A stretch of 64,000 bases of DNA, taken from Saprospiraceae bacterium (GTDB lineage: Bacteria; Bacteroidota; Bacteroidia; Chitinophagales; Saprospiraceae). Each line of letters opens with the position of its first letter. The first letter of the stretch is position 1. The DNA lies in NCBI GenBank assembly GCA_031426435.1, contig JANPLH010000612.1:4022-68021 (forward strand), in the 5' to 3' direction. The position numbers and the translations under genes are program-made. The notes below the pieces were generated by a model that saw only the letters and a list, made by a program, of their open reading frames with translations, did no database searches and was not told the DNA's origin. Below are positions 62,314 through 64,000 of the stretch, one piece after another.

Positions 62314-64000
62314 TTATCGAATCACAGTGACAGTACCTTTTAATTGTACGATAATGCCGGGGGCAACTTCCACTTCTGCCCAATAGGTGAATTGCCCGGC
62401 TACAACATTTTTGCCAAGGTGGGTTCCATCCCAGCCGTCCGTTGGGGAGTTGGTCAAGAAATTCCTTTGTTCAAAAACCTGGTTCCCCCAGCGGTCAAAA
62501 ATCAGCAGTGCATGGACGGGCGAGGGCAGCTCTGAGTAAAGCACGAAGCGATCATTGCCCACTATGGAGGCTGGATAGATTGCGTTGGGCGCATACACCT
62601 GCGGCTCCACGATGAGCAAAAGGCTATCCGAGCCAGGGCAGCCGTTTTCGTCGTACACGGTCAGCGTCACCCAAGTCGCAATTTCAGGTCGAATATTGTA
62701 AACAAGGCAATTGGCGCAGCCAGCAGTATCGGTTGGCACCCAAGCCGTGCTGGAAACATTGGCGTTGGTGAACCCCTCCAAAAGCACGTTGTCGCCGGGG
62801 CGCAGGGGATGGGGCAACCCAATGGCAACAAGGTCTACCGCCACGCTATCGGGTTGGGGCAGCTCGAAATGGATGGGTTCGTTGTAACAGCCAGAAGCGT
62901 CCTGAACGATGAGCTTGTGGTCGCCACCCGCCACGTTTTCAATTACCGGGTCGGTAGCGGTATGTTGGCCGTGGTCAATGGAGTACAGGTAGGGCGGGGT
63001 GCCGCCGTTGGGTAGGCTGAATGAAATCTGGCCATCGGCAAAGCCATAGCAGGATGGCTCCACGAAGCTGAAATCGAATTGCGGAGCAGTGAGCGGCACA
63101 TCAATCGAGTCGGTGAAAGTGGCCGTGTTGCGGCAGCCGCCGAGGTAGGCAATGGCCTTATGCTCGCCTGGAGCCAATACGATGAAGGTCGTGTCGGTGC
63201 CTTCCTGCATGATGGTGTCATCATACACCCATTTTATTTTATCGAAAAAACCATGCGCTGTGAGCGTGTCTGGGCAGATGCCGTCGCCGTGCAGGGTCAG
63301 CTCGACATTAGGACTGACGTACTCGTACCCCGTCAGCAAACTGGCATAGCTGGCGAACTCCTTTCTGCAGACCACGGAAGCGTAAACTGCCCCGTCGGAC
63401 ACTACTCGCATGGAACTGACGGCTTCCAAATGCTTAAAGATGCGCTTTGCTTTGTAGGTGACGAAATCGTCGTTGCCGGGCACGGTCATCGGAGGGCCAA
63501 GGTCAATGGGCTGCCCATCAAAGAAGACTTCCACCGCTGTATTGCGAAGCGCAACCACTTGAAGGGAGCCGTCAAAACGTGTAGGCCCGATGCGGTTAGG
63601 CAAGCAAATATTGTCAATTTGGTGCGGTATTCCGCAACTGAGCGGCGGCATGAACAACAGTGAAACAGTGTTGAGGCTGGTCTTTCCGGTGTCGTGGCCG
63701 CCCGTCATTTGGTAAGCAAAAGCGGGTTTGGATGTTCGCACGAACATGTTTCCCGTAGGGATGTAAAAAGCAGCAGGAATGGAGATGTACTTGCCTGCAT
63801 TGAGGGTCGCAAGAGCCGTGTCCGCTCCGTTTACCCAAACTTCGGTGCCATCATAATGCGCCATGATGATGGGGTGCTCCAGCGAGGTTGGGCCGTCGCC
63901 CCGGCAAAAAATATACTCCTTTCCGACCCTTTCGAGCGGCAGTATCTGGTCAATGCCAATATCATTGGCGGCATACACCACGGGGGCACCGTACCAAGCG
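62314..64000 (-). CDS. Large surface protein, C-terminal part only: SprB-like repeat plus gliding-motility-associated (CHU_C, T9SS type-B) C-terminal domain; the 5' end lies beyond the window
   Basis: The frame is open to nt 64000. CYGFADGQISFSLPNGGTPPYLYS is the SprB-type repeat. The C-terminus is APNAIYP...NDRFVLYS...LLIFDRWGNQVFE...GWDGTHLGKNVVAGQFTYW. Confidence 0.8.
   Translation of the reverse strand, partial: AWYGAPVVYAANDIGIDQILPLERVGKEYIFCRGDGPTSLEHPIIMAHYDGTEVWVNGADTALATLNAGKYISIPAAFYIPTGNMFVRTSKPAFAYQMTGGHDTGKTSLNTVSLLFMPPLSCGIPHQIDNICLPNRIGPTRFDGSLQVVALRNTAVEVFFDGQPIDLGPPMTVPGNDDFVTYKAKRIFKHLEAVSSMRVVSDGAVYASVVCRKEFASYASLLTGYEYVSPNVELTLHGDGICPDTLTAHGFFDKIKWVYDDTIMQEGTDTTFIVLAPGEHKAIAYLGGCRNTATFTDSIDVPLTAPQFDFSFVEPSCYGFADGQISFSLPNGGTPPYLYSIDHGQHTATDPVIENVAGGDHKLIVQDASGCYNEPIHFELPQPDSVAVDLVAIGLPHPLRPGDNVLLEGFTNANVSSTAWVPTDTAGCANCLVYNIRPEIATWVTLTVYDENGCPGSDSLLLIVEPQVYAPNAIYPASIVGNDRFVLYSELPSPVHALLIFDRWGNQVFEQRNFLTNSPTDGWDGTHLGKNVVAGQFTYWAEVEVAPGIIVQLKGTVTVIR

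Noticed and set aside
1-64000. A prophage, integrative element or transposon explaining the accessory-looking regions.
   Set aside because: I recognised no integrase, transposase, recombinase, phage structural gene or tRNA attachment site. The only mobility hints are the small non-autonomous repeat elements reported above.

Overview
This is a 64-kb chromosomal window from a Bacteroidota-type genome. The evidence for that placement is T9SS type-A and type-B (CHU_C) C-terminal sorting domains, SprB-like repeats, a TonB-receptor/DUF4249 pair, GT39+GtrA, and a sigma-54 gene plus an ECF sigma gene. All family calls come from motif recognition by eye; no database search was run.

I count about 55 protein-coding genes. 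I recognised no rRNA, tRNA, CRISPR array, transposase, integrase or phage genes.

Housekeeping genes present:
- cinA, birA, rsfS, ftsH, recX and aconitase
- glyA, scpA, smpB and rpoN
- an MsbA-like ABC exporter

Three things stand out:
1. **A nine-gene operon I cannot assign (minus strand, about 4.0-12.5 kb).** It encodes signal-less proteins: a protein with 12-residue tandem repeats, three helical plus Ig-like beta-sandwich proteins (two of the operon's proteins are Cys-rich), and a His-rich propeller-like protein. It also encodes a small helical protein, a DUF362-SRPBCC fusion, an SDR and a second SRPBCC protein. I cannot place it in any described pathway, and it is my best candidate for an undescribed system.
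2. **A sugar-oxidation island (40.5-48.7 kb).** It holds a GMC oxidoreductase with a Tat-signal small subunit, a Gfo/Idh/MocA enzyme, a xylose-isomerase-like TIM barrel, a DUF1080 protein and RidA. This is the gene set expected for a 3-keto-glycoside type pathway.
3. **Many intergenic palindromic elements.** Their arms are built from short tandem words, and several word families recur across the window. They fill spacers, abut or overlap start and stop codons, and create spurious N-terminal ORF extensions in the supplied track.

Other points: one GT39 glycosyltransferase is split by a frameshift, a DsbD locus carries three copies of the alpha-type domain, and an orphan intrinsic terminator sits in a 650-nt gene-free spacer after rpoN.
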